The notes: generated by a model not told the origin, from the sequence alone. A stretch of DNA of 64,000 nt from Batkoa obscura (GCA_030770535.1 JASVEC010000001.1:2356001-2420000), one strand, 5' to 3'; shown: positions 22,869-36,421, counted from the first letter of the stretch. Numbers and translations are program-made.

Positions 22869-23001
22869 AATAAAATATAAAATATAAAATATAAAATAAA
22901 ACAAAATGAAATAATTTTGATTCATTCTTCTATTAATAATTAATTAAATAATCTACTTTATTTTTATATTAAAAACTTTCTATATTCTATATTAATTTAA
23001 T

Positions 23002-25747
23002 TTAATAATAACATAAATTAATAATTGAATTTAACACATTTGTACTTTCTTCATCATTTGAAATATTTGTCTAAAAAAGTAAATATACATTATTAATATT
23101 TTTAATTTAAAATTTTTTCAATCTCTTCATTTACCTTAACTACTCTCCTATGTTGTTCCTCTTTTTCATTTCCTATAACTTCTAAACATTCTACTTGTAT
23201 CTCTTTATCCCATTCATTTAATTTAATATCAAATTTATACTCTTTAATCTTTTGTACTTTAACTAATTGAAATTGTAGTTGATTTTGATTTAAAATAGGA
23301 AACTCAAATTGATTTAATATATATATTTGTTGATTTTGAATTTTTATGCTATTCAAATATTGTTTAAAACATTCTAAATTAGAAGACAAATTACTTTGAT
23401 TAAATATTTGGAATTGTAATGAACTATTACTATTATAAATATTATAAATAAAACATAAATTATTATTATTAATTATTATTAAATTACCTATTCCCAATTT
23501 CTAAATTAACTATTTGTTGATCCATTAAGTAATAACTATCTTCAATTTTTGTATTATTGTTTTCATCAATATATAATTTAAATTTTAAATTTAAATTATA
23601 TTTTAATTTATCTAATTCAAGTAATAAATTCTTATTTGGTATCTTGACCATTTCATTAATATTAAAATAATCATTAATAAAAAACGGATTTTGTTTTATA
23701 TTAATAGGTGAATATTCTATCGAATAATATTCTTTTGTTGTTGATTTAAGATAATCTTCACGTAATTTATGTAATGGAAAACTAAATTTTATTATATAAA
23801 TTAATTTAAGTTAAATTTAATGAAATGAATTTATATTAATATATTAATATTTACCTATTAATAAAATAACTATCTAAATCATTATTATTATCAAATTGCT
23901 CTTTTAAATTATTAATTTTAATTTGTTGATCAAAATAATTGGCTTGAGCAAATTGTAATTTATTAAAATATGTTGAATGTCCAAATCTAAAATATTATTA
24001 TTATTATTATATATTATTAATATTAATATTAAAAAAGTAAAAATATCAAAATAATTTACTTTGCAATTATCTTAGGTTCAAATCCAGGTCTTACTATTTT
24101 AGATGTAATCGAATCAAATATTTCTGGTAATGTTAAATTATTATGCTTATTTATGAGTTTATCGTTCAACCTAAAATAAAATGAATTTCAATTCCTATTT
24201 TAAATTCATTAATTTCTTACTTACATTTTATAACTATTTAAATAATCTAATTTCTTTGTAATATCATATTTGTCCTCTTCTAATATCTAGAAAATATTAT
24301 TAACTACAATTCAATTTTAATAATAATAATAATAACTACCTCTTCAATCATATCTTCTTTGATTTGAAACATTGAAAAATTATTAAAGAAGGAATTAAAT
24401 TCTATGGAATCTACTATTGGAGATTGATACAACGTGTTTTTTCTATTTGAATAATATAAATCCAACTTAGGTAATTCATTATGATTCTATATAGATAATA
24501 ATATTTAACGATTTATTAAATAACATTAATATAATCTATTTACCAATTTAAAAGTTTGATAAATCCATTCTAAACTTTGTTTTATTTCTCTTGAATTTAA
24601 TCCAGTTAAACAGAGTTGTTGACCCTAAAAATATTAATTATCAATTATTATCACATATAAACTTTGTAAAAATATTCCTCAACTTACATTATTCATATGC
24701 GAAACAGTAATATAAGTACCTGTGGTATGTGCAATAGCCGCCAATAATTCTGCATTTTTTTTAATAAATTTACTATCTTGTTGATAAAGAGAAGTGATAT
24801 CGATTGTTAAAGTGGTAAAATTCTATATAAAATAAAAAATCAATTTATTAGTCTTTCAGTTTTTATAATCTTCTTTTGTTTTTGTTTAAATTACCATTAA
24901 TTCTTTAATTAATTTTTGCGTTTTTTCAATTTCTTTCTTTGAACCACGGATGATATAACTTTCCAATTCTAAATTGATTTCCATATCACTATTGCCCAAT
25001 AATTCTAAATTTCTTAAATTTTCTCCTCCTTTAATTATAATAAATAAATAAATAAATAAATTGTTAGTTTAATAGTTCATTTAAGTAATATTTTGATTTA
25101 CCTTTACAAATTAAAAAATAGATTTCTTTTTTACTCGATTGAAATTCTATTTAATTATATAAATATCTTTATTTTTTATCCGTTTTAAATTATTTACCTT
25201 CTTCCACTTTATCTATAATCTCCACTTCCATCTCCTTCTCCTCCTTCATCTCTTCTATTTTCCTAACTCTTACTCCTTCTTTCTCTAATATCCAATAAAC
25301 TAACTCTTTTTTTGTCCACTTATTATTTTTAAATTTCCCATCAATATTATCTAGTATATATTTTTTCATTTGAGCTTTATCAAATGCTTTAGTTATTCTA
25401 ACTACTAAATCTTCTATCTCATTTAATCCATTATTTTTTCCTATATATTCCAAATAATATTCTTTTAAATTAACACTTTCTTCTTTAACGGGTTTAATAT
25501 GAGCAGAAGACTCGAATTGGGCGGCTAAATCAAAAATTCCTTGAGTTTGAGGGTCAATAGGTTTTGGACGTCGTTTTTTGATGGGTTTGTCATCGGATGA
25601 TGATGCTGTTAAACCATAATTCTTATCAAAGGTAGAGTAATATTGAAGTTTATTGACTTGGGCTAGGAGTTGAGCAATTCTGTTATTTTGGGTATGTAAT
25701 TGAAGTCGTTTCGTTCTATTAACTATTCCAATGCTAAATTTGAACAT
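23002..25747 (-). CDS. Mitochondrial SLS1-like protein with KH-like domains, multi-exon; 3' end approximate
   Basis: Presequence-like start; AFDKAQMKKYI...TKKELVYWIL resembles the SLS1 N-terminal domain; spliced YFLICKGGENLRNL...YIIRGSKKEI is KH-like. Confidence 0.55.
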
Positions 25748-26406
25748 TCCCTGTTTACTTATAAAAAGTTACAAAATAAATCAAATAAGAAAAAAGTGAG
25801 ATTATTTAATATTTTAAGGTTTGCATTTTTTTTAATTCTGTAATATTCGGGTCTAAATTGGACAACTGCTAATATCTTTCTTTTGGTCCTCTCACTTTAA
25901 TTTTTTAATAGGGAACTCAACTCTAAAATGATATTATACTTGATTATAATTGAAAAATATAATTAAAAGTTTAGCCAAGGTTAAATAAACATTATCTTTG
26001 GCACATATTCTCTATAAACAATTTATTTAATAATAATCTTTTAACATATTTATACTAGTTGACTTATTTGCTATTATGATATAGAGAATAAGGAATAATT
26101 AATAAAATAATAATATTTATAATAATAGTTCATATTAATGTTATTATAATAGATGTAAAAATATATTTTTATACAATCTATCAAATTTTAATTTCAACTA
26201 AGATTAATAAACTTTATATTTCATTAAATTTAATTTATTATAAAATAATCAAATGATAATTATACCCATTATAAAATATCAAATTAATGAATATAATAAA
26301 TCAAATAAACAATAAAAATAAACTCCAAAACAAAGATAAACATTTCTCAACTTTAAAATTTTATTATTATTAATAACTGGTCCTTAATATTTTATAATAT
26401 ATATAC

Positions 26407-27218
26407 TTAGATAGGTTTTATCTAAAAAAAATCACATTAATTCCTCGTATTAAACATAGATATAATTACTTACTTTAAAATGCAATGAAATAAGGGAGAT
26501 AATTAAGCATTTTAAATCTTGTACTAAAAAATAAAATTTCTCTAAACCAGCCGGATCTTTACTTGATGTTACTTGAGATAACGAAAACAATTTGGATGTC
26601 TAGGAAAATAAGATATAAATTAACATATTAATAATTATTTTCAATTCCAAATTTCAATTTTGATTTATCTCTTTTGATTTAAATCCTTTGATAATTACCT
26701 CAAAAGCAATGTGATGTTCTCCAATTTTAATTTCTAATTCTTGACGACCTTCATTATCTTTTTCAGGCCAATTTTCATCGTCACAACTATTTAGTTTAAA
26801 AAATAATAATATATTAGCATCTTTATTTATTAATTCCATTATTATTAAATAAAATACTTACTCAAAAACTTCACTATCTTGAATAATTTTTTTGATTTCT
26901 TCAATGACTATTGGACTTATAGAAACTATAGAAACCAATATTAATAATCAATTCCAAATTTGAACATCTTCATAATTAGATCTTAAAAGCCCAAAGTTAA
27001 ACTTACATTCCTTTCTAATCAATGAATCATTTCTATAATTTGAATTATTAGCATATCGACATCTACCATCTCCCTTGATTTCAAACTCTAAAAATTCATG
27101 ACCACTTTTATTGTTGGTATGGCCAGTACTAAAATATTTTATTAATAATTAAGATAGAATTTATTGTCATTAAAATTTACTAATATCTTAGATAAAATGA
27201 ATCTTTTGGGTTAGCCAT
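26407..27218 (-). CDS. MAGO: Mago nashi (exon junction complex core), multi-exon
   Basis: FYLRYYTGH...GHEFLEFEI...[47 protein letters not shown]. Confidence 0.96.
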
Positions 27219-27473
27219 TCTTTTATATAAAGATTAGAATCTTGCTTTGGACTTATTTTGCTTCTCTTACTTTCAATGAATGTTTTGACGAGTTTGATTG
27301 GCTTTTTATGTATCCAATTAAAATACGTTTTAATCAATGCTTTTTTGAACAATATGAAAAGAAAATCAATATTATAATATATAATATTTTATTATATTAA
27401 AATAAGTCATATTATTTTAAATAAAAAAGTACTATACTAAATAGCCTTATTTTTTTGTTTCTTTATTTTTTGA

Positions 27474-27560
27474 ATAAAAAAATAAAAAAATAAAAAAATA
27501 AAAAAATAAAAAAATAAAAAAATAAATAGATATTAAGATATTAAGATATTAAGATATTAA
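27474..27560. repeat. (AAAAAATA)n then (AGATATTA)n 8-bp tandem repeats abutting a MITE-1 end fragment
   Basis: Direct reading; followed by AATACAAAAAGACATCCCC-ATAT (to 27582). Confidence 0.75.
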
Positions 27561-28089
27561 ATACAAAAAGACATCCCCATATTATTCTATAAATTAAGTT
27601 TTTGATATTATTGTTGATCTTCTATATATTAATCAGGTACCTGAATGTTAGTTATTAGATTAATTATAAAAATTTTAATTTATTATTTGCTAATTTTAAA
27701 TTTTTTAAAGACATTGATTATTCTATAAACTTTTGGATTTAAAATAAGTTTAAAAATTGTCTTAGTTTAGAAATTTATATTGTGATAACTACATTCAAAA
27801 AAACATAAAATCTAGTATCATTGATATATCTTATTTCATTTATTTTTATAATAATTAAAAGCAATCAAATTTATAAACAACTTATTTCCTATCCCACTAT
27901 ATGACACTAATAAAAAACTGACTATCTTCACAAAACTTTACTTTTATCTTTAACCAATCAATCTTAATTTCAAATCTTAATAAATTTCATCATGTTACAT
28001 CAACCAAAGCTCATTTTAAAATTTTATTTTAGCTATTTAACTAAGAATATTACTCTTTTAACATACAAAATTCAATATCACTTTAAATA

Positions 28090-28587
28090 ATGAGCGAAAG
28101 AGCTGGTCGATCACATCCCCAATTTGAATGGGTTAAAGCAAAGAGTGGTTCAATACCGCCAAATGCGGTCCAAGGTGGTCAAGAAGGTGATGGAAAACCT
28201 TTATTTGTAGCTCGAGCTATGTTTAATGGTTCTTTAGTACCTGGAAAAGCAGGCCCACATATTCGAGGAGCCTCGATTGCTTATGGAGGAAAAGAACATT
28301 TTTTATTCGATTATGAAATTTTAGTGGGGGATGAAAGTTTGTTGTATTGGAGACAATGTACAGGTAGAATTCAATTACGTGGTTGGTCACCTCTTGAAGT
28401 GGGTTATGAAGCGGACGGTAAAGAACTTTATGTAGGGAAAACGCAAGTGGGAAGTGGGGTTGTCATAGGTAAAGTAGGTGAACACTTTCCTAATGGGCTG
28501 ATGTATACTTATGCTTATAAAGAAAAAGCAGTCAGTGAATTGGATTATTATTATGTATTAGCAGTACCTAATAATGTTTCTAGTTAA
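28090..28587 (+). CDS. DM9-repeat (DUF3421) protein, two repeats, no signal peptide
   Basis: WV....G.IPPNAVQGGQEGDGKPLFVARA...GSLVPGK...YEIL, and a second repeat VGYEADGKELYVGK...GKV. Confidence 0.88.
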   Translation: MSERAGRSHPQFEWVKAKSGSIPPNAVQGGQEGDGKPLFVARAMFNGSLVPGKAGPHIRGASIAYGGKEHFLFDYEILVGDESLLYWRQCTGRIQLRGWSPLEVGYEADGKELYVGKTQVGSGVVIGKVGEHFPNGLMYTYAYKEKAVSELDYYYVLAVPNNVSS

Positions 28588-29090
28588 TTATAAATCGTAT
28601 ACTGATATTGTTTTTTAATTTATTTTTAAGGTTTTAATAGTAATTGAATTAACGGTTTTATTTAATTATGAAATAAAAGGGGAATGGATGAATTCATAAA
28701 GTAACAATATAATATTTAAATAATTATTTTAAATAGGTTCATTTTATTTTAAATATTTTTTTTGTATTTTTCAAAAGTTATTACTTATTCATAAGTACTT
28801 CATTAATAGATATTAAATGTATATTAAGTGAGAGAAAAGATAAACAATGGGGATAGTATTTCAGGCCCTACTTTATTAGAAGTTATTTTATTACTTTCTA
28901 TTAAATATGACTTTAATATTTGAGTATAAAAAATAGATCTTTCGATCATATAAATCAAAAATCATGAAGAAAATAAAGGATAATATATATGTATTATCAA
29001 AAGTCTAATTTATTAAATAGAAAAATTATGGCTGAACTGCAATATATCTCTATTTAAAAACTTCTAACATTGGAGGGTATTGAAGCATAT

Positions 29091-29189
29091 GGAGGTGTCT
29101 TTTTTTGGCTTCATCACTTTTCCATTTTTTAAGTGCTACTCAAGCGAGAAAATTGTTAATAAAATCCCTAAACATAAAAATACATCCCC
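29091..29189 (-). mobile_element. MITE family 1 copy
   Basis: Reverse orientation; flanks ATAT/CTAT. Confidence 0.85.
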
Positions 29190-29507
29190 CTATAATAAAC
29201 TATTCAAGATTATGAGGAGATAAAAATAGAATATAGTTCCTAGATTCTTCAATACTTCAAAACAGTCCTCCTTATTAACTATTATACTTTTACTCCTACT
29301 ATTTTACTATACAAACTTATCCATTTTAAGCTCTATCTGAAATATCTTATATTATATATATTAATAAAAATAAAGACCTAAAATTATTATATGTATAGTT
29401 TCTAATAAAATATTTTACTTTAATTCCAATTACCCTATTTTAATATCCATTATTTTTAAATTAGTTTATTTTTAAACTTCCTCAACATAGCCTAAAACTA
29501 AAAGTTT

Positions 29508-30439
29508 TTAACAGAAAGTAGAAGGACGTTTGGCAAGGAAGAGAGCACGGTGCTTCTTGTGAGCTGGTTTGAGGACACGGTGAGGAAGAGGGAAAGTAAG
29601 CTTTGGTTTCTAAAAAAAAAAGTTAGATATAAAAATTTGATTATTGTTATAAAGATATACCAAAAGTTGTTGAATATAAGCACGTTTAACATCTTTAGCA
29701 GCAATTTCAGCTACACGGATGATTTGTACTGATCTAAAACGAGCACGGTGACGAGCAGCTAAATCAAGATCTATATATTTTTATAAGTACTTATTACAAT
29801 TAAAATTAGACAATTCTCTTACAGCAAGCTTCAACAGCTTCGGCACGTGACATTTCACGATATTCTTTGTACATATTGTGGGTACCGGAACGAGAGTCAT
29901 AACGTAACCAAATACCATAGTTCTTAACTTTAAGAGGTTTGGCTTCGTGAATCTTTATAAAAATAAATATATAATCTTAAACATTAGGCATCATTTTAGT
30001 TACCTTGTTAACGGAAAGAATTTCTCCAGAAGCTTTCTTTACTTTAGAAACCTTTTTCATGAAATACCAATAACGAGATTTGGCAACAGTTTCATTAGGA
30101 CAGAAAAGACGCATACGGAAAATCTTTGGGGAAGATTCCTTTTCAGTAGGAAGCTTACGTCCAATGACTTGATATTCGTTAAGCTAATATGACATCTTTT
30201 TAATATTTTTTGTTTATTAATTTTATCGTTTTTATAATAGCTCGATTTGTTTCTTTCATGTATAATATTTTCTACTGCTTTTTGTTGGATATTTAGATGG
30301 ATGTATTTTTTATTTTTTTAATTGGATTTCTATATTATTTCTTGTTTTTTTATCCTTTTTGGTCATTTTACTTTTCTGTTATTGTCATTATCCTTTATAA
30401 TCTCTTGTAAAATTTGTATTTCTTACTTACTTTACCCAT
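29508..30439 (-). CDS. RPL20: 60S ribosomal protein eL20 (L18a), multi-exon
   Basis: ATG GGT AAA|GTAAGT at 30439; intron 30430-30184; [13 protein letters not shown]...[35 protein letters not shown]; ends RPSTFC*. Confidence 0.96.
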
Positions 30440-31227
30440 TTCAGTTGATTTTATATAACCTTATGGTACCAAGAGGAAAGGAATTTACCGTATAGCTTTA
30501 CTGTTTGATTTAATGTGGATGAGTAATGGGATATTGATTTAATAATATTGCCCAATTAGCCCAAACTTAAATTGATTTTAAGCTTTTTTATTGGCTCTTT
30601 ATATTGACTTGAAATTATATAGTTTTATCAGGTTGATAAATTACTTTATTTTGTCATTTTAGTCTTTATATTTTCATTATTTTAATCTTTATGTTGAAGT
30701 TATTATATTACCTGCTATATTTATACCCATGATTAATAAAATTTATATAACCATATCTATTCTAGGTATTAATGTCAATGTAATCAATTCGCAGCTTATT
30801 ACTACATAGTTCAAGTAGGAAATTTTAGGAAATTTAGTTTATTTACATTGACTTGATACTTTGTTTATATAAGTCAGAAGTAGAGCTTTAATATAATAAT
30901 AAGCTTTTGGTCTTAGATAATAATATATTTTTATTATGTTTATCTGATACATTAATTAAAATAATTACAAAATACTCCATTAAAGAATATTATTAAAATC
31001 ACTGAATAAGCAAGCAATTTGATAGGACCATAGCTTCCAATAAATCTAGCCAAAACACAAAGGGTTTAAATTCTAGCAAATCAAAATTTAACAATAGAAA
31101 CCAACTTTCTTCCTTAGAAGCGAAACGTTCTAGAAGGCTACTATATTTGGAAGGCAGATAGAACCTAAAAACCCCTTTAATAACTTTCTAGAAGCTTTAT
31201 CTTTTAACTTTTTTAAATTTAATTCCA

Positions 31228-31932
31228 ATGTTATCTAAAATTTGCAATTTATTCGTATTTACAGTAGCTTTGCTTTGTACTACTGCACTAGCACATGATC
31301 ATGACAGTAGTTCTGATTCCAATTCAGCACCAAGTATGAAGATGTATTTTCATGGTGGTATCAATGATTATATGATGTTTCAATCTTGGGTACCAAAAAC
31401 ATATGGTAGTTATTCAGGTGCTTGGCTTCTCTTTTTCTTTTTAGGTATTTTATTAGAAGGCTTTTTGGTGTTTGGTTCTAACCTTCAAGCCAAATGGATT
31501 CAAGAAGCTGAAGCCGCCGATATCACCGCAAACTCTTTTGGAGTTCAAGGTAATACCGAAGAAACCTTGATTTCAAAAAATAAGTTTATGTTTTTTGAAA
31601 TGTCGAGTGTAATCACTTGGGGTAAAGCAGTAATCCTGTCTTTACTTCGTTTTGTTGAGTCTACCTTAGCTTACTTTTTAATGTTGGTAACTATGATCTA
31701 TAATGTTGGTTTGTTCTTTTCAGTGGTTGCAGGTCATGCAGTTGGAGTATTTTTATTCTCTCGTTTCCGTTCTAAGGGTTCAATTGAGAGTAAATTTGAC
31801 CCAGAACATGAAGGTTTGTCATCCCCCCGTCATTCTTTAGGTAGTGGAGGTATCGTTAGAAATCAATCTACTGATTTTGATACTAAAGTCAATCCAGAAA
31901 ATCATTCGGGTCCTCAATCTTCTTGTCATTAG
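31228..31932 (+). CDS. Ctr-family copper transporter
   Basis: Signal-like N-terminus, HDHD, MKMYFH, MLVTM (MxxxM), GHAVG (GxxxG), C-terminal CH. Confidence 0.92.
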   Translation: MLSKICNLFVFTVALLCTTALAHDHDSSSDSNSAPSMKMYFHGGINDYMMFQSWVPKTYGSYSGAWLLFFFLGILLEGFLVFGSNLQAKWIQEAEAADITANSFGVQGNTEETLISKNKFMFFEMSSVITWGKAVILSLLRFVESTLAYFLMLVTMIYNVGLFFSVVAGHAVGVFLFSRFRSKGSIESKFDPEHEGLSSPRHSLGSGGIVRNQSTDFDTKVNPENHSGPQSSCH

Positions 31933-32438
31933 GTTTATTCTTTATTGAGTAAATAAGAATTATCTTTGTAATAAATTTAAATAAAACGTACAATTATTAG
32001 TATTAAATCAAATAAGGATTGTTATTGATATAGATTAATTGATTAATTTAAAAGTTTTATATTTATGTAAAGAATATATCATTATAAATGTAATTTTATC
32101 GTTGTAAATTATAAACTTAATAGAAATTATTTTTCTAAGAATAATTTTACTTCAACTTTTCTAAATTAATTAATTAGTATTAGTATTAGTATTAATATTT
32201 AATTTATAAAATAAAGCGGATTAAAGTTAATAATTTCTAACACTATAATTCACAGTTGAGGTGACTTTATATTATTGCAATATATTTAAACCATTTTACA
32301 GAATTACTATTAAACACTAACAAATACAATTGAAACATTATTACATTTAAGATGTTCTAAGGGGTATATTTTTAACAATCAATTAAAATTTATATTAAAA
32401 TTTATTTAACTTAAGGTTCAAAAATCAGCACTAAAATT

Positions 32439-33848
32439 TTAGTTGATATTTTGAGCAAGATAAGCAGCGGGTAATGGGGAGCTATCAGCTGTTTTAAATG
32501 GATGCTCAGTATGCGTTGAAAAGGTAGCTATAGTCGAATAACTACAATTTAATACACTATTATCAAACGATTCTGGTAAAGGTACAATTTTTGGTTCTTG
32601 AATTAATTGGCGATCAGAGTCCATCGATTCATTATGCTCCATTGACTTCTTTCTATAAATAAAAAAGTAAATCCCTAACCCAGCTAATACTAAAAACATT
32701 ATCCCTCCTACGATTCCTCCTACGATAGCCCCTAAATTACTCCTGTTTTCTTCGGTACTATTTGATATACTTGAGTCATGTGGATTTTCATTATTATTAG
32801 ATCTATCACTGGAGATAGACAGAGCATCCATTAATTTCCAGGTTTGAGGATTGATTATTTGAGCACTTGAAATTGAGTTATCAGTTTCTCCAGAAAAGAA
32901 AAGTAAGTAGCCATAATAATCAACAAAGCACCCCTGTTGATTTGATTTAAAATTAGATATAGTTTGTTTTGACCATTTAAGATCCTTGTCTTTTAAATTT
33001 AAAATGTATATATTGGAATTCATTTCTTTTGTATGTGGTATAACATAAAGTTGATCATTGACTTTAGTATAGGAGTATTTTTCTACTTTTGGTGGCGGAC
33101 TTGAAGTCTTTGATACTGTCATTTTTTTACTTTTTAAATCAAAGGTTCTTACTTCTTCATTATTTTTTAAGGTTCTCGTATCCGTACCAAAGAAAGAATA
33201 TAATTTTCCACCATAAACTATAGAAATGTGATCCAAAGCAGGTGTATTATCGCTATATATTTCGCTCCATTTTTCTGATTTTATATTATAAATTAATATC
33301 TTTGCAGTAAAAATTTCTTTCTTTGGTACTTTTGCAGCTGCTGAGCCATAATAGATAAACTCATCTGGATTTTGATCATTTTGTAATAAGGTAAAACCGA
33401 AGGTATCTTCCGGAGAGCTTCTTTTTCCTTTTTTCATAATATCTAAAAATTGTTTAGATGCTTCTTTATTTGATGACCATTTCAATGCTTTTAAATCAAA
33501 TGTTTGATATAAAGGCTGAGAGTTAGAACCACCAAAGTTGATAATTGTATCTGAGTTGGACATAAAAATAGATTTTGAATATACTCTTTTTGGGAAGTTA
33601 TTCGAACTTGCTAGTGACTGCCATGGTACAGATGATACATTGAATTGCTTAGTTAAGTCTAATGTCAATATTTTATCATTATTTTGATTATCTTGGTTCT
33701 TATTAACTTGGCCTTTCACTCCACCTAAATAAATAATTTTATCATTGTTCTTTATACAGCTTCCAGAGCTAATTGATGAGATATCTAAAGATTGAGAGCT
33801 AACTAACAAAATAAAATAGAGCCCTAAGATCAAGTGAGTTGGAAACAT
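32439..33848 (-). CDS. Single-pass membrane protein with extracellular Kelch-like propeller
   Basis: Signal peptide; IIYLGG, IINFGG, LYSFFG blades with downstream W; Ser/Asn linker; TM GAIVGGIVGGIMFLVLAGLGIYFFIY followed by RKK. Confidence 0.82.
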   Translation of the reverse strand: MFPTHLILGLYFILLVSSQSLDISSISSGSCIKNNDKIIYLGGVKGQVNKNQDNQNNDKILTLDLTKQFNVSSVPWQSLASSNNFPKRVYSKSIFMSNSDTIINFGGSNSQPLYQTFDLKALKWSSNKEASKQFLDIMKKGKRSSPEDTFGFTLLQNDQNPDEFIYYGSAAAKVPKKEIFTAKILIYNIKSEKWSEIYSDNTPALDHISIVYGGKLYSFFGTDTRTLKNNEEVRTFDLKSKKMTVSKTSSPPPKVEKYSYTKVNDQLYVIPHTKEMNSNIYILNLKDKDLKWSKQTISNFKSNQQGCFVDYYGYLLFFSGETDNSISSAQIINPQTWKLMDALSISSDRSNNNENPHDSSISNSTEENRSNLGAIVGGIVGGIMFLVLAGLGIYFFIYRKKSMEHNESMDSDRQLIQEPKIVPLPESFDNSVLNCSYSTIATFSTHTEHPFKTADSSPLPAAYLAQNIN

Positions 33849-34266
33849 AATGAGAGGTAAAGTTCACCCGGAACTGTTTTAAAAAATAAAGAAGTAAGAA
33901 ACAGCAAGATTAAAACTTTAATTAATCGAGTTTATTAATTATAAATGTTTTTACTTTATTTTACTACTTCACTTATTATTAGAACTTACATTTATAGCTT
34001 ATGTTCTATCTTAATTATTTTGCACATACCATATTCAATTACTATTTCATAGTGTTGAACCATCCGCCAATCAAATAGATAAATTGGTGAATTAGCATTT
34101 AAATTGAGAATTTAATATATTAAATTTAATAATTCAACATTTATAAAGTTGATACTAAAAAAATATTTGATATAAAATAAAACAAAAAAGTGAAATCATT
34201 AAATGAAATTATAAATAAACATATAAATATACAATTTTAAAGAGTCATTTAATTATACAAATTAAA

Positions 34267-35490
34267 TTACAAATGGGTAGGGTTTAAAGATTTTTTAAAT
34301 TCAGTAATAGCGTTAGGTGCCAATTTCCCAAAACTTTCAAAGTGTTCCAAAGTTAAAAACAATTGGCCAGATAATCGAAGATACCATTGATTTTCATAGT
34401 AGAAGCATTTGATACGATAGTGATATTTCTCCCAAATATAGTTTGCAAATAAAGCGCCATAATCTTTATCATTATCCAAATTAAATGGCAACTCGATATT
34501 AACCATATTTCCACTTTGGTGTTCCTCGCCTAAAACTTTACCCCCAATTAATTTAGCTACTCGTTGGCCTCCTTCCCATGCCAAATTATGAATATAGTTG
34601 ATAATATTATCCTGTCCATATTTCTCGATAAAATCTAAAGAAGCATCTGTTGCTAACCAACATGAAAAATCAATAGTACCTGGCCACTGAAAAGTAGTTT
34701 GAAAATTATTTGACCCATAACCAACTGCAATAACTGTGGGATGAATAATGGACTGATACTCTTTTCTAACGTACAATACAGAGGTAGGACGATAAGCGTA
34801 GCCCCATTTGTGTAACGTAGTCGAAAAAAAATCCACCTTAGTTTTAGCTATATTGAGTTTAATTTGTCCAAAAGCATGCGCTCCATCAACTACTACTTTA
34901 GCACCATGCTCTTTAAATAAGATAGCAAGCTCTTCATATGGAAGAATTAATCCAGGTACAGATATAATAGCATCCAAAACAGCTACCGTAATTTTAATAC
35001 CATTTGATTCTGCTTGCTCAATGGCCTGCTTTACTGATTCAATTAATTGTCTATCACTGACAGGCTTATGTCTAAATTCAATTAAGTTAACTCCCTGTTT
35101 TTCATTTAAAAATTGAATCAATACATTCACTGAATTATAAGCGGTATTGAAATAAAATAAAGTATCTTTCTCGGTTAACTCTAAACTCCTTAAGACTACG
35201 TTAATACCCTGAGTTGCATTTTTTATAAATACTACATCTTCTGGATTTGCACCGATAATATTTGCTATTCTTTTTAATGGCTTTTGTAAGTTTTGTTGAA
35301 GTGGACCAAGCAACAATAAATCTGGATGGGACTCAATAGCGTCTAACCACTTGATTCTACTTTCTCTTACACTTTTAGGCACTGTACCAAAACTACCATT
35401 GTTCAAATGAGTTAATTTAGGATCTAATTGAAATTCTTGCTTGATGTTATCACCAAAGGCTTGTTGATTGTCATTGTTAAGTAAAACCAT
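34267..35490 (-). CDS. Class-V PLP enzyme, Egt2/L-cysteine desulfhydrase/isopenicillin-N-epimerase-like
   Basis: HLNNGSFGTVP, NATQGIN, VVDGAHAFGQ, TLHKWGY (PLP lysine), FQWPGTIDFS, YLRLSGQ. Confidence 0.88.
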   Translation of the reverse strand: MVLLNNDNQQAFGDNIKQEFQLDPKLTHLNNGSFGTVPKSVRESRIKWLDAIESHPDLLLLGPLQQNLQKPLKRIANIIGANPEDVVFIKNATQGINVVLRSLELTEKDTLFYFNTAYNSVNVLIQFLNEKQGVNLIEFRHKPVSDRQLIESVKQAIEQAESNGIKITVAVLDAIISVPGLILPYEELAILFKEHGAKVVVDGAHAFGQIKLNIAKTKVDFFSTTLHKWGYAYRPTSVLYVRKEYQSIIHPTVIAVGYGSNNFQTTFQWPGTIDFSCWLATDASLDFIEKYGQDNIINYIHNLAWEGGQRVAKLIGGKVLGEEHQSGNMVNIELPFNLDNDKDYGALFANYIWEKYHYRIKCFYYENQWYLRLSGQLFLTLEHFESFGKLAPNAITEFKKSLNPTHL

Positions 35491-36123
35491 TTTAATTTTT
35501 TAAAAATAAGAAAAGATCAAGATTTCGTTTTTTTATAGTTTTTTAAGTTGCCTTATGGCACAAGGATGGATATTTAAAACTTACTTCATTGGAATTTTCA
35601 GTTCTACAATTTTAATAGTGCGAAATTGCGTTATGAAAAAGAAATAATAGTCACTGTGAACCATAACTAAGGGTATATTAGAATTTTATTAAATTAGAAT
35701 AAGGTTCAATTAGTAATCGAAAATTATAATAATGTTTATATTTTATCAGCAATGATAAAGTAAAATAGTTAATAATTGAATAAAATTAAGGTTTTTGAAT
35801 AATTCTATATTCTTAATATCCGTTACTGAACAATAGATTTTCATAAAGTTTATTATTATTAATCATCTTCTGAGCAATATTTTGTGATATAACGTCATTG
35901 ATAAGATTAAAAACAATAAAGCTACTATCTATCATAATAGCTATAGGGCTTATTGGTAAAATATCAGACTATTGTGCAAAAGATATATACATATGTAATA
36001 ATATTTACAAATAATTAACTATTGAGAAATGTATAATTTAACTAAGTTTCAATATCAATAGCTATTATTTATACATATCAAATAAAAAGAATCAGCTTAT
36101 AGAATTACTAAATTTTAAAATAT

Positions 36124-36217
36124 GGGGATGTATTTTTTTGTTTAATAATTTTACTAATAATCTTCTGCTAAGTGGCGCTTAAAAAGTGAAAAAGTAATGA
36201 AACAAAAAAATATCCCT
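36124..36217 (+). mobile_element. MITE family 1 copy
   Basis: ATAT-GGGGATGT...ATATCCCT-ATAT. Confidence 0.85.
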
Positions 36218-36221
36218 ATAT

Positions 36222-36409
36222 AGTATTTTTGACTTAGCATAACTATAGTGAGAAAATTTTGACCAAACTGAAATAAAAATTCTGAAAATAATTTTGACAA
36301 AAGTGAACAAAATTGAATATTTCATTTTAAATAAGAATTTTGTTCACTTTGAGAGAGGGTTGCTATTAGATTTTTTTTCTTGCTATAGTTGTAACAGGTT
36401 GAAAATACT
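36222..36409. mobile_element. MITE-like element family 3 (fold-back)
   Basis: Imperfect ~35-bp terminal inverted repeats AGTATTTT...AACTATAG.. / ..CTATAGTT...AAAATACT; internal AAAGTGAACAAAATT / AATTTTGTTCACTTT; ATAT flanks. Confidence 0.65.
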
Positions 36410-36421
36410 ATATTAGGATAT

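Noticed and set aside
30184..30430. Unusually long first intron of RPL20 as a possible snoRNA host
   Set aside because: No C (TGATGA) / D (CTGA) box pair or convincing H/ACA hairpins seen; ribosomal protein introns are often longer.
31228..35490. Ctr + Kelch + Egt2-like as a biosynthetic or ergothioneine cluster
   Set aside because: No Egt1, NRPS, PKS or other pathway gene in the window.
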